Shown here one piece after another: positions 13,444-24,289 of a stretch of 51,206 nt of DNA (position 1 is the first letter of the stretch; every line of letters begins with the position of its first letter). A program made the position numbers and the translations under genes. The notes under the pieces were generated by a model. That model ran no database searches, was not told the origin of the DNA, and was given only the letters and a program-made list of their open reading frames with translations. The stretch is taken from assembly GCA_008632985.1 (NCBI GenBank), contig QPGO01000049.1:434001-485206 (forward strand). Reading direction: 5' to 3'. The stretch is from Psammoneis japonica (lineage: Eukaryota).

Positions 13444-14778
13444 ATGAAACAACACAGCTTCTGTCTAGCAATAGCGCTGTTGCTTTTGTTACAAGTTCAG
13501 CGAAGTCATGCTTTTGTTCCTCCAAAAAGTACCTTAGAGAAATCCCATCCACGCACGACACTATTCTCCATACAAGAAGCCTTGCAAGTATTGCAGGGCG
13601 ATCAAGAGACACAATCCTCATGGGCGGGTGGTGCGCTTGCCAGTGCACCCATGGTGGGTGAAGCAGATCGAGCGTTTCGTCAAGGCATTCAATTGGAAAA
13701 GAATGGACAAGCACGGGCGGCGTCTGTGGCCTTTCACGAAGCAGCCACTTTATTCTTGTGTTTTATGGAGTTAGGATCCGAATTCGGGTACGTCACAGCC
13801 TTGAATTCGCAAGATGTGGCGGCTGTCTTGGCATACACCTGTGTGCGATTGGCTCATGTGAATCATGATGCGTTGGGAGACTCCAAGGCGGCGACTCGAT
13901 TGTACAGAGATGCCGCAGAAATTGACCCTGAACCGTCGTCGGTATCCTTTGATGGCGTTGGTACCAGTATTGAAGCGTCGGGTGGTAATCTTCGTGAAGC
14001 CGTCAAAGCCTATCGCGAAGCACGATTGGTCTCTCCAAATAACATGATCATATTGTTTCATTTGGCGGTCGCTCTGGAACGATTGGACAAAGATGAAGAA
14101 TCCACGGAATTGATGGACAAGCTACGTCGCTGCGAAGCCGAGTACTCTTGTCTAGTCGATTCGTGGGGCTACATTCGTTGGCACACTCGCAAAATTCCAA
14201 ACCACAAGAACAATCTGTACCGCGGTACACGTGCCATGTTGCAAATTGCCCTCGACGCTGCCAAACCACTCATCAAGCAGGGCGGGTGGCTGTGTGAATT
14301 TGGAGTCGCCTCTGGCCGAAGTATGCGAATGACTCAAGAGATTGTGCCACTCGACGTTGAAATTCATGGCTTTGACACTTTCATGGGACTTCCACAAAAG
14401 TGGGGCAATGAACCAAAGGGAGCCTATTCAACGGGTGGGACTCTACCCAACTTGGACGGGCAAGCCTATTTTCACAAGGGTCTCTTTGCCGAGAGCATTC
14501 CGCTCTTTCTGAAAGAGCAAGACAAGGATGGATTCCTTGCCTATGCAAACATTGATTGTGATTTGTACTCATCCACTCTGGATATTTTGGAAGCAATGCA
14601 TGGCAGGATTGTTCCCGGAACGATTCTTGTCTTTGACGAGTACCTTTGCCACCCGACATGGCGGCAGGATGAGTTTCGCGCATGGAGAGAGTGCTGCAAG
14701 AGATTCGGTTGGCACTATGAGTACTTGGCCTTTAGTTTGGCCACAAAGCAGACTGTTGTTCGTGTCATTGAAGCATGA
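13444..14778 (+). CDS. TPR-like plus TylF/MycF-family class I SAM-dependent methyltransferase, with putative plastid-targeting presequence
   Basis: MKQHSFCLAIALLLLLQVQRSHA|FVPP resembles a signal peptide plus ASAFAP-like motif. Helical TPR-like repeats follow. C-terminal motifs LCEFGVASGRS, GFDTFMGLP, KGLFAESI, ANIDCDLYSS and PGTILVFDEY are typical of TylF/MycF-like methyltransferases. Confidence 0.85.
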   Translation: MKQHSFCLAIALLLLLQVQRSHAFVPPKSTLEKSHPRTTLFSIQEALQVLQGDQETQSSWAGGALASAPMVGEADRAFRQGIQLEKNGQARAASVAFHEAATLFLCFMELGSEFGYVTALNSQDVAAVLAYTCVRLAHVNHDALGDSKAATRLYRDAAEIDPEPSSVSFDGVGTSIEASGGNLREAVKAYREARLVSPNNMIILFHLAVALERLDKDEESTELMDKLRRCEAEYSCLVDSWGYIRWHTRKIPNHKNNLYRGTRAMLQIALDAAKPLIKQGGWLCEFGVASGRSMRMTQEIVPLDVEIHGFDTFMGLPQKWGNEPKGAYSTGGTLPNLDGQAYFHKGLFAESIPLFLKEQDKDGFLAYANIDCDLYSSTLDILEAMHGRIVPGTILVFDEYLCHPTWRQDEFRAWRECCKRFGWHYEYLAFSLATKQTVVRVIEA

Positions 14779-14975
14779 TGACCCGAGTGAGACAAACGAA
14801 TTGGTTTACTAGACCTAATTGATTCGGTTACTGTGCAAACACCCTTTTGCCCATTTGTCTTTCTACTTCCTACCTTCCCCCCTTCATTAATTCAAAGACC
14901 TTGTTCCCCATTATGTGTAAGTATGTAAGTAGCCCTCTAGAGGATCCGTCGCTGCATACATTCTTGAAAAACTTG

Positions 14976-17251
14976 CTACTCACGGCCGTCCTGTTCGTCT
15001 TCTTCATAAAACTGAAAGACGTACGGCGCGCGCCCGGTCCGTCCCATCCCGGTACCCCAATTGCTCCTGATTGGACTCATCCTGAGATTCCCATTTCCAT
15101 ATGCTAACCTATTGGCGTCCATGTTAGAATCTTTGTCAACGAGGTCATTGACATTGAGACTGCTTGTAGCTGCGTCGTCCCGAGAATCGGAAGCAGTAGC
15201 GGACGCCACTGTTTCTGAAGACTCCGGACTAGTTTTTCGCCGGATTTGATGACGAAATTCTTCACGGGACTTGGATGTTGCAAAATAGGATGCAGTAGAC
15301 CCTACTTTTTCCGGAGAAGTAGATGCACTCCTGGTTGTGTCTCCAGGACTATCTTTTTGCGACTTTCTCCCTACGGCTCGTGGAGTAATTGATGCAATGG
15401 ACGCCAACCTTTCCAATGGACTAGGAGCGAGCTTGCGTTCATTATCAGCACGATCTTGCTTGGAGTGTGTCAGTACGGCGAGCGAAGTATCTGATGCATC
15501 AGATTCTAATCTTTCCAAAGATTTTGGAGCAGGCTTGAGCTGATTCTCACCGCGATCGTGCTCCGTGTTCCTCAAAACTGCTAGAGTAGCATCTTCTGAT
15601 GAATCGGGCACCGACGTTTCGACGGAACAAGGCGCAGTCTTGATCTGACCTACGTGATGATCTTCCTCTAAGGATCTAGGTGGAGTATTCATTGCAGAAG
15701 ATGCAAAGCTTTCGAAGGAGCTAGGAGCGGTCTTGCTAAAGCCTTCACGGCAAGGTTTACTCGAGTGTTTCAGTATGCTGGTCGGGGTTTTTGACGCGGT
15801 AGACTCCGGGCGTGGTATGAAGGGCTCGACTCCTTCGAGTATCGTTCTGTTCACCGTTGCACGGATGATGAGCGAATAAGAAAAACCACATTGTGCTGCA
15901 ATTCAAAGGATGATTGATGCACTTACCGGGAGCATTCCCTGTCACCAAGCTCCTCTTTGTCACCCATTTTGTATCTACTGATCCAATTCTCGTCAACCAT
16001 GGGGTATTGTGAAAGGTGAGCGTCCCATGGTGCTTCCGGCTCCTCGGCGTCAACCTCTTCATCACCTAATTGGTATTGACTAACCCGATATTTGTCAACC
16101 ATGGGGTATTGTGAAAGGTGAGCGTCCCATGGCGCATGCGGTTCGTCGGCGCCAACCTCTTTATCATCTTCTAGTTGGTATTGACTGAGCCAGTTTTTGT
16201 CAACCAAGGGGTATTGTGAAAGGTGAGCGTGCCATGGTGCTTCCGGCTCAGCGTCAACATCAATAATGTCACAACTTTCCGGCATTTGTAGCGTAGGCCT
16301 CCTTTTCTTGACAGGAAGAGTTTTACGGTCTTCTACTTCATTTGCCAGGGTCGGTACCTCTTCAGCTTGTGCGTGTTTCTTGCTGCGTCGGTTCTCTTGC
16401 CGAAGAGATGGTCGAGCTTGCGTTGTAGCTCCAGCATAGGGGGCGATTGCGACGGACGATGGGTCAATGAGCGAGCGAACAGCTTGTGTGCTCGGTTGAA
16501 ACTGGAGTAATTCTGCCGAGTCGTTAAAAGAAAGATCCTGCGAACATTTGCTTTTGCCCTCTTTCTTCTCACGAAGGCATTGACTGACTTTCTTTCGCGC
16601 CTCCTCATGAGACACCTCCATCCAAAGATTCAGCCTCTCATTCTTTCTCATGATTCTTCCTGGAGGAGAGAGACTGTGTATCTGCTGTACGATTTCACGA
16701 GAAATCTCTTGTTTGCGCTCTTTGGATGCGTGGAATGTGTATTCCTCTTGTCGCTGCTTCACCAGCTGCCGAAGGTAGACATTGCCGTCATGCTGGTTGG
16801 GACCCGAGCCTCTTCCACTCAAGACATCATTCTTCCTTGGGAGATACGAAAAATTGGGCGGCTCGCTCCCTTTCTTCTCACGAAGGCATTGACTGACTTT
16901 CTTTCGCGCCTCCTCGTCAGACACCTCCATCCAAACATTTAGCCTCTCATTCTTTCTCATGAATCTTCCTGGAGGAGAGAGACTGTGTATCTGCTGTACG
17001 ATTTCACGAGAAATCTCTTGTTTGCGAGCTTTGGATGCGTGCAATGTGTATTCCTCTTGTCGTTGCTTCACCAGCTGCCAAATGTAGACATTGCCGCCAT
17101 GCTGGCTGGCATGCACGCCTCTTCCACACAAGACATCATTTTTCCTTGGGAGAGACGAAGGATTGGACGGCTTCGGTTCGAAAGGATGTACCGCCTCAAC
17201 GTCGACTCCACCCGCTTTTCGCGCTTTGCGATGCGTTCCTCCCGATGCCAT
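14976..17251 (-). CDS. DUF6824-type (DVLCGRG) protein with two tandem domains and a low-complexity C-terminus; intron 15847-15926
   Basis: Two near-identical 'NDVL(C/S)GRG...H.GNVY..QLV...K..ISREIV..I....PPGR.M.....W.EVS.EEARKKVSQCLRE' domains. gtaagt...aacag intron joins CSR|TILEG in frame. ATG at 17251 (MASGG). Confidence 0.85.
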
Positions 17252-17555
17252 CGTCTTTTGGCGCCTAGCGATTGTTACGATGCGAAAGGGTTTGTTGTCC
17301 AACAGTGTGTTGCTCTGAGATGTTGCCCGTTGCTGTTGACAACGTTGTGAATGAAGATTTTGTGTGTGGAGCCATTTGTGTTGATCTCTCCTGGAGCAAC
17401 GGAAGCTTTATTGTTTTTTCAAAAATAACGGCTCGACGTAAAACTGTATGGGAGCGCTACGAGAACTGCATGAGACGTTGCTCTACGTAAACTCTGTACG
17501 AGGCCAACACAAAAACTTATCTTGAATGATGATCTGTGCTTTATTGAGCTTGCCC

Positions 17556-17900
17556 TCGAGCTAGCTAGCTTAGGGCCCTCTCTCTAACTCTCAGCTCTAG
17601 AGAGAGTAGCTATGCTCTACTCTACCGGTGCTCTCTAGCTAGAGAGTAGAGCTAGCTCTAGTGGCTTAGCTCTAGAGCAGAGCCAGCTCTAGCGCTTAGC
17701 TCCAGAGCAGAGCTGGCTCTAGCAGCTTAGCTCTAGAGCAGAGCTAGCTCCAGTGCTTGGCTCTAGAGCAGAGCCAGCTCTTGTGGCCAGCTCTCTAAGC
17801 AGAAGCAGCTGCGGCAGCTGACTGTAGACTAGAGCAGCTGCTGTAGAGCCACAGCCACTCTGGCTCTCTGGCGCAGCCGAGCCCACTGGCAGAGCGAGCT
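17556..17900. repeat. CTAG-rich palindromic mini-satellite, unit ~29 bp (agctctagag(t/c)agagctagctctag..gctt)
   Basis: Several imperfect tandem copies at ~17635-17790; TA sites are increasingly replaced by CA/TG towards the right. Confidence 0.8.
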
Positions 17901-18693
17901 GCATCATTTGTCGCGATGGAGACGGCACTTTGCGAAAAAAAGTGCACCGCAGCAGAGAGCAAAGCACGCCACTGAACTGGATGAGACCTTTTTCACAAAG
18001 CGTGGAGAGCCACTAAAACCATTTCAACAAGCTGGAACCCCTTCCCATGCTCTTTTGTCGTTCTGCGCAACACACAATTTGGTCAACCGCATCACTGTCG
18101 AATGACCCATGGATGTAGACTGGACGTGCACCCAACAACGAAAAGTGTGTGTTGGCCTCCGCCGTCTTGCCTTTTGAAACCCTTGAAACGGACAAAGATG
18201 TGCAGGAATTGCGCCATTGCTCTGCGCAGAGGCCAAGCCTGGATGCCTCCACCCATCCTGTCTCTGAGGGCCCGTTTCGACGACGAAGATCAACAACAGC
18301 AACGATGCAACAAACAAGAGGACCGCCGACCTCCGACATCGGGCTGAGCCGCAGTGCTTTTATGCGCCAGAAACGCGTGACTAAATCGAAAGTATTTTCT
18401 TATTTTCGACTTGCTTCTGAGCGAAAGGGCGAAGAAAACACTCGTGCAGTGACATTTTTTGGAATTTTCGGTAATTTTCAACAGATATGGCTGGAAACGA
18501 CTCCAAAAAATAGAAAAGCGAAAAACGAATTCAGTCAAATCTTTTCAAGTTTTGACCGCTTCACCCTTCTTGCATTTCACCGCCAAGCTCAAAAGCCACA
18601 CAACCGCAAACACCACACTACACCACACTCGACCCATTTTTATACTAACTAGCAAAGGCTAAAGGCGCCGCTAACCAACGCAACTTCTATATC

Positions 18694-19197
18694 ATGAGTA
18701 GTGAATCTAACGAGGACAAGTCCAGAGTGATTGATCTGGATTCGATGAGTCTGGATCAATTGAATCAGATGAAACAACAAGAGGAAGAGCAATTGGAGTC
18801 CTTCACGAATCGCTATGCGCATCTCCGTGCTGCCGCAGCGCGACTAACCGCGTCCAAGCTCGCCGTATCGGAACTGTCACCTGCATCCGAAAACAAGCAA
18901 GTCATGATTCCATTAACGGAGAGTCTCTATGTTCCGGCAAATATCCGCGACGCCGACAAGCTCTTTGTGGAACTGGGTACCGGATACTATTGCGAGAAAA
19001 ACAACAAGGAAACCCTAGCGTTTCTGGATCGAAAGCTCAAGCTGGTGAATGCCAACAGCGAAAACGTCACAAAGGCGATTCAAATGACCAAGCAGAATGT
19101 GACTAGCATCGCAGCAGCCATGCAAGGTAAAATGCTGGAGATCCGTGCGAGGCAGGAGGGTGTCAAGCACCAGAAAGCTGAAGCCATGAATGGATAG
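18694..19197 (+). CDS. PFDN5: Prefoldin subunit 5 (alpha-type)
   Basis: Intact 167-aa ORF with IDLDSMSLDQL, VMIPLTESLYVP, FVELGTGYYCEK and AFLDRK, the alpha-prefoldin coiled-coil/beta-hairpin pattern. Confidence 0.93.
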   Translation: MSSESNEDKSRVIDLDSMSLDQLNQMKQQEEEQLESFTNRYAHLRAAAARLTASKLAVSELSPASENKQVMIPLTESLYVPANIRDADKLFVELGTGYYCEKNNKETLAFLDRKLKLVNANSENVTKAIQMTKQNVTSIAAAMQGKMLEIRARQEGVKHQKAEAMNG

Positions 19198-19703
19198 TAT
19201 ATTTGGTGCATGGCGGAGTAGATTCACACATTGTGCATCACGAACTGATTGGGCATGCAAATAGGATTTACGGGGTATTGACGGTTGTTGCCTTCAAGGC
19301 GCAAACGAAGAATGAGGGTACATACTACTGATGTGAACTATCCATAGGATAATTTTACTTCTGCAAATTATGATGAATGAACGAGCGTAAAATAATGATT
19401 CACAACATGTGGATTTAGGCGTTGCGCCTCTCACAATAATCTGCAGCCATTATCAGTTTTATGGCGTCTGATTGGGATTCTTCTGGGGGAAAATCAGCAC
19501 GAAAGCACACGAAGACTCCAAGAATTCCAGGAACACAGTGCTGTTTAAAGAAGTCGGCTACAGCAGCTACGACCCCTCCCGGCCGCGCCACATGCTGAAT
19601 GTGACATGGAAAGGACAGACATTATTTCACACGTTCTTCACCTTTCAAACCCGCCACCGCTCGGCTACCAAAACACGAGGAACAATCTAAGTACGTACAC
19701 AAA

Positions 19704-21821
19704 CTACCAGCTTTCAACTTTGTCAATGAGAACGTCGACAATTGATGGATCCGCAAGAGTACTCGTATCACCTAATGTATCCGTTTCCCCGGCAACAATT
19801 TTGCGAAGGATACGTCTCATAATTTTTCCACTACGGGTCATTGGGAGTGAAGGAGCAACACAAATGACGTCAGGAGATGCGAACGGCCCAATGTCGGTCC
19901 GTACTTGATTGCGCAGTTCCTTCACAAGAGAGTCACTCTCCTCATGTTTAACATCCAACATGACAAAGGCAACAATCGATTGCCCCTTGATAGGATGGGG
20001 CTGTCCAACGACAGCTGCTTGCGCCACTCCTGAGTGACCGACGAGGGCGCTTTCTACTTCGGCGGTGCCAATCCGATGACCGCTCACGTTCAATACATCA
20101 TCGACACGCCCGGTAATAAAATGGTATCCATCTTGATCTCGAATCACGGAGTCGCCTGTAAAGTAGAAGCCTGGATAAGGCTTTGTGTACACCTGCATGT
20201 ACCGCTCGTGATCGCCTAGACACGTTCGGGCCATACCCGGCCATGGCTGACGAATTGCCAAGACACCCTCCTGCGGACTGCCCTCCAACACGTGTCCATC
20301 AAGAGGGTCCAACACTACCGCATCGATTCCATATGACGGCAATGTACAACTTCCCGGTTTCATGGGCGTTACTCCGGGAAAGTTTGTAATTATATGGCCG
20401 CCAGTCTCCGTTTGCCAATAGGTATCAACCACGCTACATTGAGAGCGACCAATTGTCTCAAAGTACCAGCGCCATGCTTCTGGGTTGATAGGCTCTCCGA
20501 CACTTCCTAAAACCTTGAGACTCGATAAATCATATTTTTTCGGATATTCATCTCCATACCGCATCAAAAGACGAATCGCTGTAGGTGCGGTGTAGATAAT
20601 GTTGATCCCGTGACGCTCCACCATGTCCCAATACCTGCCAGGATCGGGATAGACAGGCGTTGACTCAAACATAAAGGTAGTGCCGCCGTTCAAAAGCGCA
20701 CCATAGACAACGTAGGTGTGTCCTGTAATCCAACCACAATCGGCCACACATGCAAACAGATCATCTTTCGCCAAGTTAAAGGTATTCTTTGTGGTAAATG
20801 CAGCATAGAGAGCATACCCACCGGTCGTGTGGACCAAGCCCTTTGGCATGCCCGTACTGCCGGAAGTGTAAAGAATAAACAAGTCGTCTTCGGCATCCAT
20901 TGTTTCTGGAACGCAGTACGGCCGTTGTCTTCTGACGAGTGGATCCATTCGGACATCCTTGTCTTTCATTTCAAAAGTCGCCTCTGTCAATTCTGGATCA
21001 TGAAAGCGTTCGAAGACAAACACCTTTTCCACAACAGCGTCGCAGTCTTGGAGATCTAAACTGTCATTCACAATATCTTTCAGTGCGATAGTCTTACCCC
21101 CACGTTTTCCGACATCCGCTGTCACGACGAATTTTGACTGAGCCGCGGCAATGCGCTGCGCCAAGGCTTCGGACGAGAATCCTGCAAACACAACAGAGTG
21201 AACAGCACCGATTCTTGCACATGCTAGCATCGTCATGGCTAACTCAGGTATCATTGGCATGTAAATCGTGACCACATCTCCTCGCCTGACACCTTGCGAT
21301 TTGAGTGCGTTGGCAATTTGAGACGTCTTTGCCAAGAGTTCCTTATAAGTGTACGACTTGGTGTCGCTTGGCTCATCCCCTTCCCAAACCAGAGCAACGT
21401 CATTTCCAGTTTCCACGTGACGATCAATGGCATTGTAACAGACATTGAGCTTTCCTCCAGCAAACCACGTGACAGATCCGTCTTCAAGTGATCCCTGCAA
21501 AGCTGTGTGAAAAGGCTGTTGCCAGTCCAACATATCTTCAGCTTGCTGAGACCAAAACTTAGAGGGATCCTTGATCGATTCCTCATATTCTTTCTTGTAT
21601 TTTTCAAAGGCCGAATTGGTTACAGCATCGTACTGCTTCTCGGCAAAGTGAGGCTCTTCTTCCTCTGTTTTTGATGCTTCTTGCTTGACTGCAGTTTCAC
21701 CGTTTGTGGCGGCATGAAGAACAAGTCCACGACGACCAAACGTTGGCTGAGGCGGAGCAAAGGACTGGATCACTGCTGACTTGCACAAGAGCAAGAGCAG
21801 CGCACTCGACGAAAACTTCAT
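19704..21821 (-). CDS. ACS: Acetyl-CoA synthetase (AMP-forming), probably plastid-targeted
   Basis: YTSGSTGMPKG, ADCGWITGHTY, DTYWQTETGG, GRVDDVLNVSGHRIGTAEVE, LPMTRSGKIMRR, GDTSTLADP. The N-terminus MKFSSSALLLLLCKSAVIQS|FAPP is a bipartite-type presequence. Confidence 0.97.
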   Translation of the reverse strand: MKFSSSALLLLLCKSAVIQSFAPPQPTFGRRGLVLHAATNGETAVKQEASKTEEEEPHFAEKQYDAVTNSAFEKYKKEYEESIKDPSKFWSQQAEDMLDWQQPFHTALQGSLEDGSVTWFAGGKLNVCYNAIDRHVETGNDVALVWEGDEPSDTKSYTYKELLAKTSQIANALKSQGVRRGDVVTIYMPMIPELAMTMLACARIGAVHSVVFAGFSSEALAQRIAAAQSKFVVTADVGKRGGKTIALKDIVNDSLDLQDCDAVVEKVFVFERFHDPELTEATFEMKDKDVRMDPLVRRQRPYCVPETMDAEDDLFILYTSGSTGMPKGLVHTTGGYALYAAFTTKNTFNLAKDDLFACVADCGWITGHTYVVYGALLNGGTTFMFESTPVYPDPGRYWDMVERHGINIIYTAPTAIRLLMRYGDEYPKKYDLSSLKVLGSVGEPINPEAWRWYFETIGRSQCSVVDTYWQTETGGHIITNFPGVTPMKPGSCTLPSYGIDAVVLDPLDGHVLEGSPQEGVLAIRQPWPGMARTCLGDHERYMQVYTKPYPGFYFTGDSVIRDQDGYHFITGRVDDVLNVSGHRIGTAEVESALVGHSGVAQAAVVGQPHPIKGQSIVAFVMLDVKHEESDSLVKELRNQVRTDIGPFASPDVICVAPSLPMTRSGKIMRRILRKIVAGETDTLGDTSTLADPSIVDVLIDKVESW

Positions 21822-22454
21822 CGTCAAATCGTCAGTTGTCAGTTGTTGTCACTGACTTTTTGCGTGCGCGAATGTTGCCACCGACCTCAGACCCCGACGT
21901 CATCCGTACGTTGGCCAAGCTTCAACAGAATTTGGAATTTGGATTTTCAGAAAAAATGTGTGGCATCCCTCTTCGCCTTGCGGCGAGAATGCATGCAGGG
22001 CGCACGCAGTCGCGCGGGAAGGCATGTCACGCCGCGACCAAAAACAAGAAGAGCAAACGACACCGAAAGCTTTATGTACGGTAAGCAGTAAGGTTGGTTT
22101 TAGACTCTTAGTACAAGAAGTAAGGTACTTCGTACATGATACGGTACTGCGGTACCTTCTACACATGCCCAAGTGTTCACAGTCAGCACTGCATGTACTC
22201 TGAGCGAAGATGTCAACGTACAGCATGTAGGGGTCGTACGTACTGTACATTCTACATGGATCATGTACTAGATGGCGCGGATCGAGTCGAGTCGCGATTT
22301 TGATATTGAGTCGCGGGTAGAAAACTGCTTGCGCCACAGAACCGCGACTTCGAGAAATGCTTGCACCAAACGACGACACAACCTCATAAAAACTTCCTTT
22401 GCCCAAATTACGACACAGCCACTTTCAATCACAATCGTTCACTTTCTTTTCAAT
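21822..22454. promoter_or_regulatory. Divergent (bidirectional) intergenic region between ACS and cyclin, with a GTAC/TAC-rich core at ~22075-22272
   Basis: The two genes are head-to-head ~630 bp apart; a dense gtac/cgtac/catgta cluster lies in the middle. Confidence 0.5.
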
Positions 22455-23324
22455 ATGATGGATATCGACGACATTGTCTTTACAGTCCGAGCCATGCGGA
22501 CTCAAGAGCAAACGGCATATCGATGCCATTGTGATCTTCCAGAGAACCCGCCATCACGATTTGCTCAAGTCGACGCTAGCTCCAGGGCGAAACTTATCAA
22601 GTGGTTTTACCAAATCGCTGATTTTTGCAAGTTCAACCGAGAAACCGTGTCAATAGCGACATCTTATCTCGATCGGTTTCTTCTTACGCCTTCTGGTCAA
22701 GAAATGTGCAAACAGCGAGTGACTTATCAGCTTGCTGCCATGACGTGTTTCTACACTGCCATCAAAATGCACGAGCCCATGGCCATTGACCCAAAGACTG
22801 TCGCTGGACTCTCAAGAGGTGCATACACCGAGAAGCAAATTACTGATATGGAAGTTGTCATCATTTCAGCTCTGGGTTTTCGATTGAATCCACCAACACC
22901 AGCAGCATTTGTCCGAAACTATTTGACCATGATGGTGTCATCCTCCATGACAGAGCAAGTGCGTGAGAGCATCTTCAAGTGCTCAGAGGATCAGATAGAA
23001 TTGGCATTGAGTGACAAACATCTCGTTGCCATCAGTTCCTCCATTGTTGCTTTGGCGTGCGTATCGAATGCGCTTGAGTCAAGCGACAAACTGTCCAATT
23101 CTGTCAAAGGATACTTTCTGGGCGTGGCATCGGATGCTTCCGGCATTCAATTAGCTTCTCCAGAATTCCTGTTTGTCCAAAAGCGGTTACAGACTGCTAG
23201 ACCCGGGCAACCTGGATCCAATTGCCATGCGGCACACACAGCTTCAAGCTCGAAATCCTCAAGAAGATTGGTCGAACGAGCAGGGTCGTGGAAGGTATCT
23301 CCTCGTTCTGTGGCTGATGAATAG
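22455..23324 (+). CDS. Cyclin, resembling diatom-specific cyclins
   Basis: Cyclin N-box: SRAKLIKWFYQIADFCKFNRETVSIATSYLDRFL, YQLAAMTCFYTAIKMHEP, MEVVIISALGFRLNPPTP. Start taken at ATG 22455. Confidence 0.92.
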   Translation: MMDIDDIVFTVRAMRTQEQTAYRCHCDLPENPPSRFAQVDASSRAKLIKWFYQIADFCKFNRETVSIATSYLDRFLLTPSGQEMCKQRVTYQLAAMTCFYTAIKMHEPMAIDPKTVAGLSRGAYTEKQITDMEVVIISALGFRLNPPTPAAFVRNYLTMMVSSSMTEQVRESIFKCSEDQIELALSDKHLVAISSSIVALACVSNALESSDKLSNSVKGYFLGVASDASGIQLASPEFLFVQKRLQTARPGQPGSNCHAAHTASSSKSSRRLVERAGSWKVSPRSVADE

Positions 23325-23894
23325 GAATAAGATGCACGTGCCATTTTTGAAAACATTGGCTATAATGATTTTTAAAAGAGCTAAAATCAACATTTGACAC
23401 AAATGACAACTCTAGCTTGCACGTCGGTTAGGGAGCGCCTTCCGACTACAGTAGAATTCTACGTTGAATACGAGAACGTTTTACCTTTCATTCGCAACAA
23501 CACCATGAGACGGGGGTCCATGCGTGAAGAATCACGCCATTTTGGTACGGCTACAAGATAAATGTTTGTGATTGACAAATGAACGACGTTCATGGATTCA
23601 CATCTTGTTTTGTCGTCTCGGTGCTCTCTACCGGTAGGCTTGACGATACAGCAGGGGGGGGAGAATTTTTCGATATAATGGGTAATCCCCCCGACAAATT
23701 GAAAATAAGCGGGGGCCCAGTTTTACGCAGTTGAGTGCTGTATGTAGAACTGCAGTACATGGTACGTACGTCGTCCTACAGTACATCCTACATGTGGCAC
23801 GTGGCATGGCACATACGTTTAGTGGTAGGAGCTCATAACCCATGTGCTCCAAGCAAAATAAACTGGGGAGCCCCCGCAACCCCGCACTGCATCA

Positions 23895-23930
23895 TTTAGC
23901 CTGCCTCTACTCTAGAAGAGAGTAGAGAGG
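23895..23930. repeat. Short CTAG/AGAG tract at the left border of a depleted block
   Basis: tttagcctgcctctactctagaagagagtagagag. Confidence 0.55.
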
Positions 23931-24289
23931 TGCCGGCGCCGGCCCCAAGCCACAAGAGCCAAGCTGCCACTAGTCACGAGTCTGCTGGTTCACGGATGGC
24001 GATGGACTCGTTGCGTCATCGACATGTTGTCACGACAGATCTGCTTCAGCAAAAAAACGTCCGTCGAGTCTTGCGGCAACAGCACAGTGGTCGGAGTGAC
24101 GTTGGCGACCGTTGGTCGAAATTGTCACTCTTGCACAAGTGAGAGAGCATCTCACAATTTGCATTTTTAGCATGTCTCATTGTCCCCTGCTGCGATTGTC
24201 ACCCTCTGCACTGCATTGCACAACCTCGAGAGAGGCACCCCCCTCCTTTTGTGTCATCTGTGCAAATGGTTGCATCCCCAGCACCAAGC

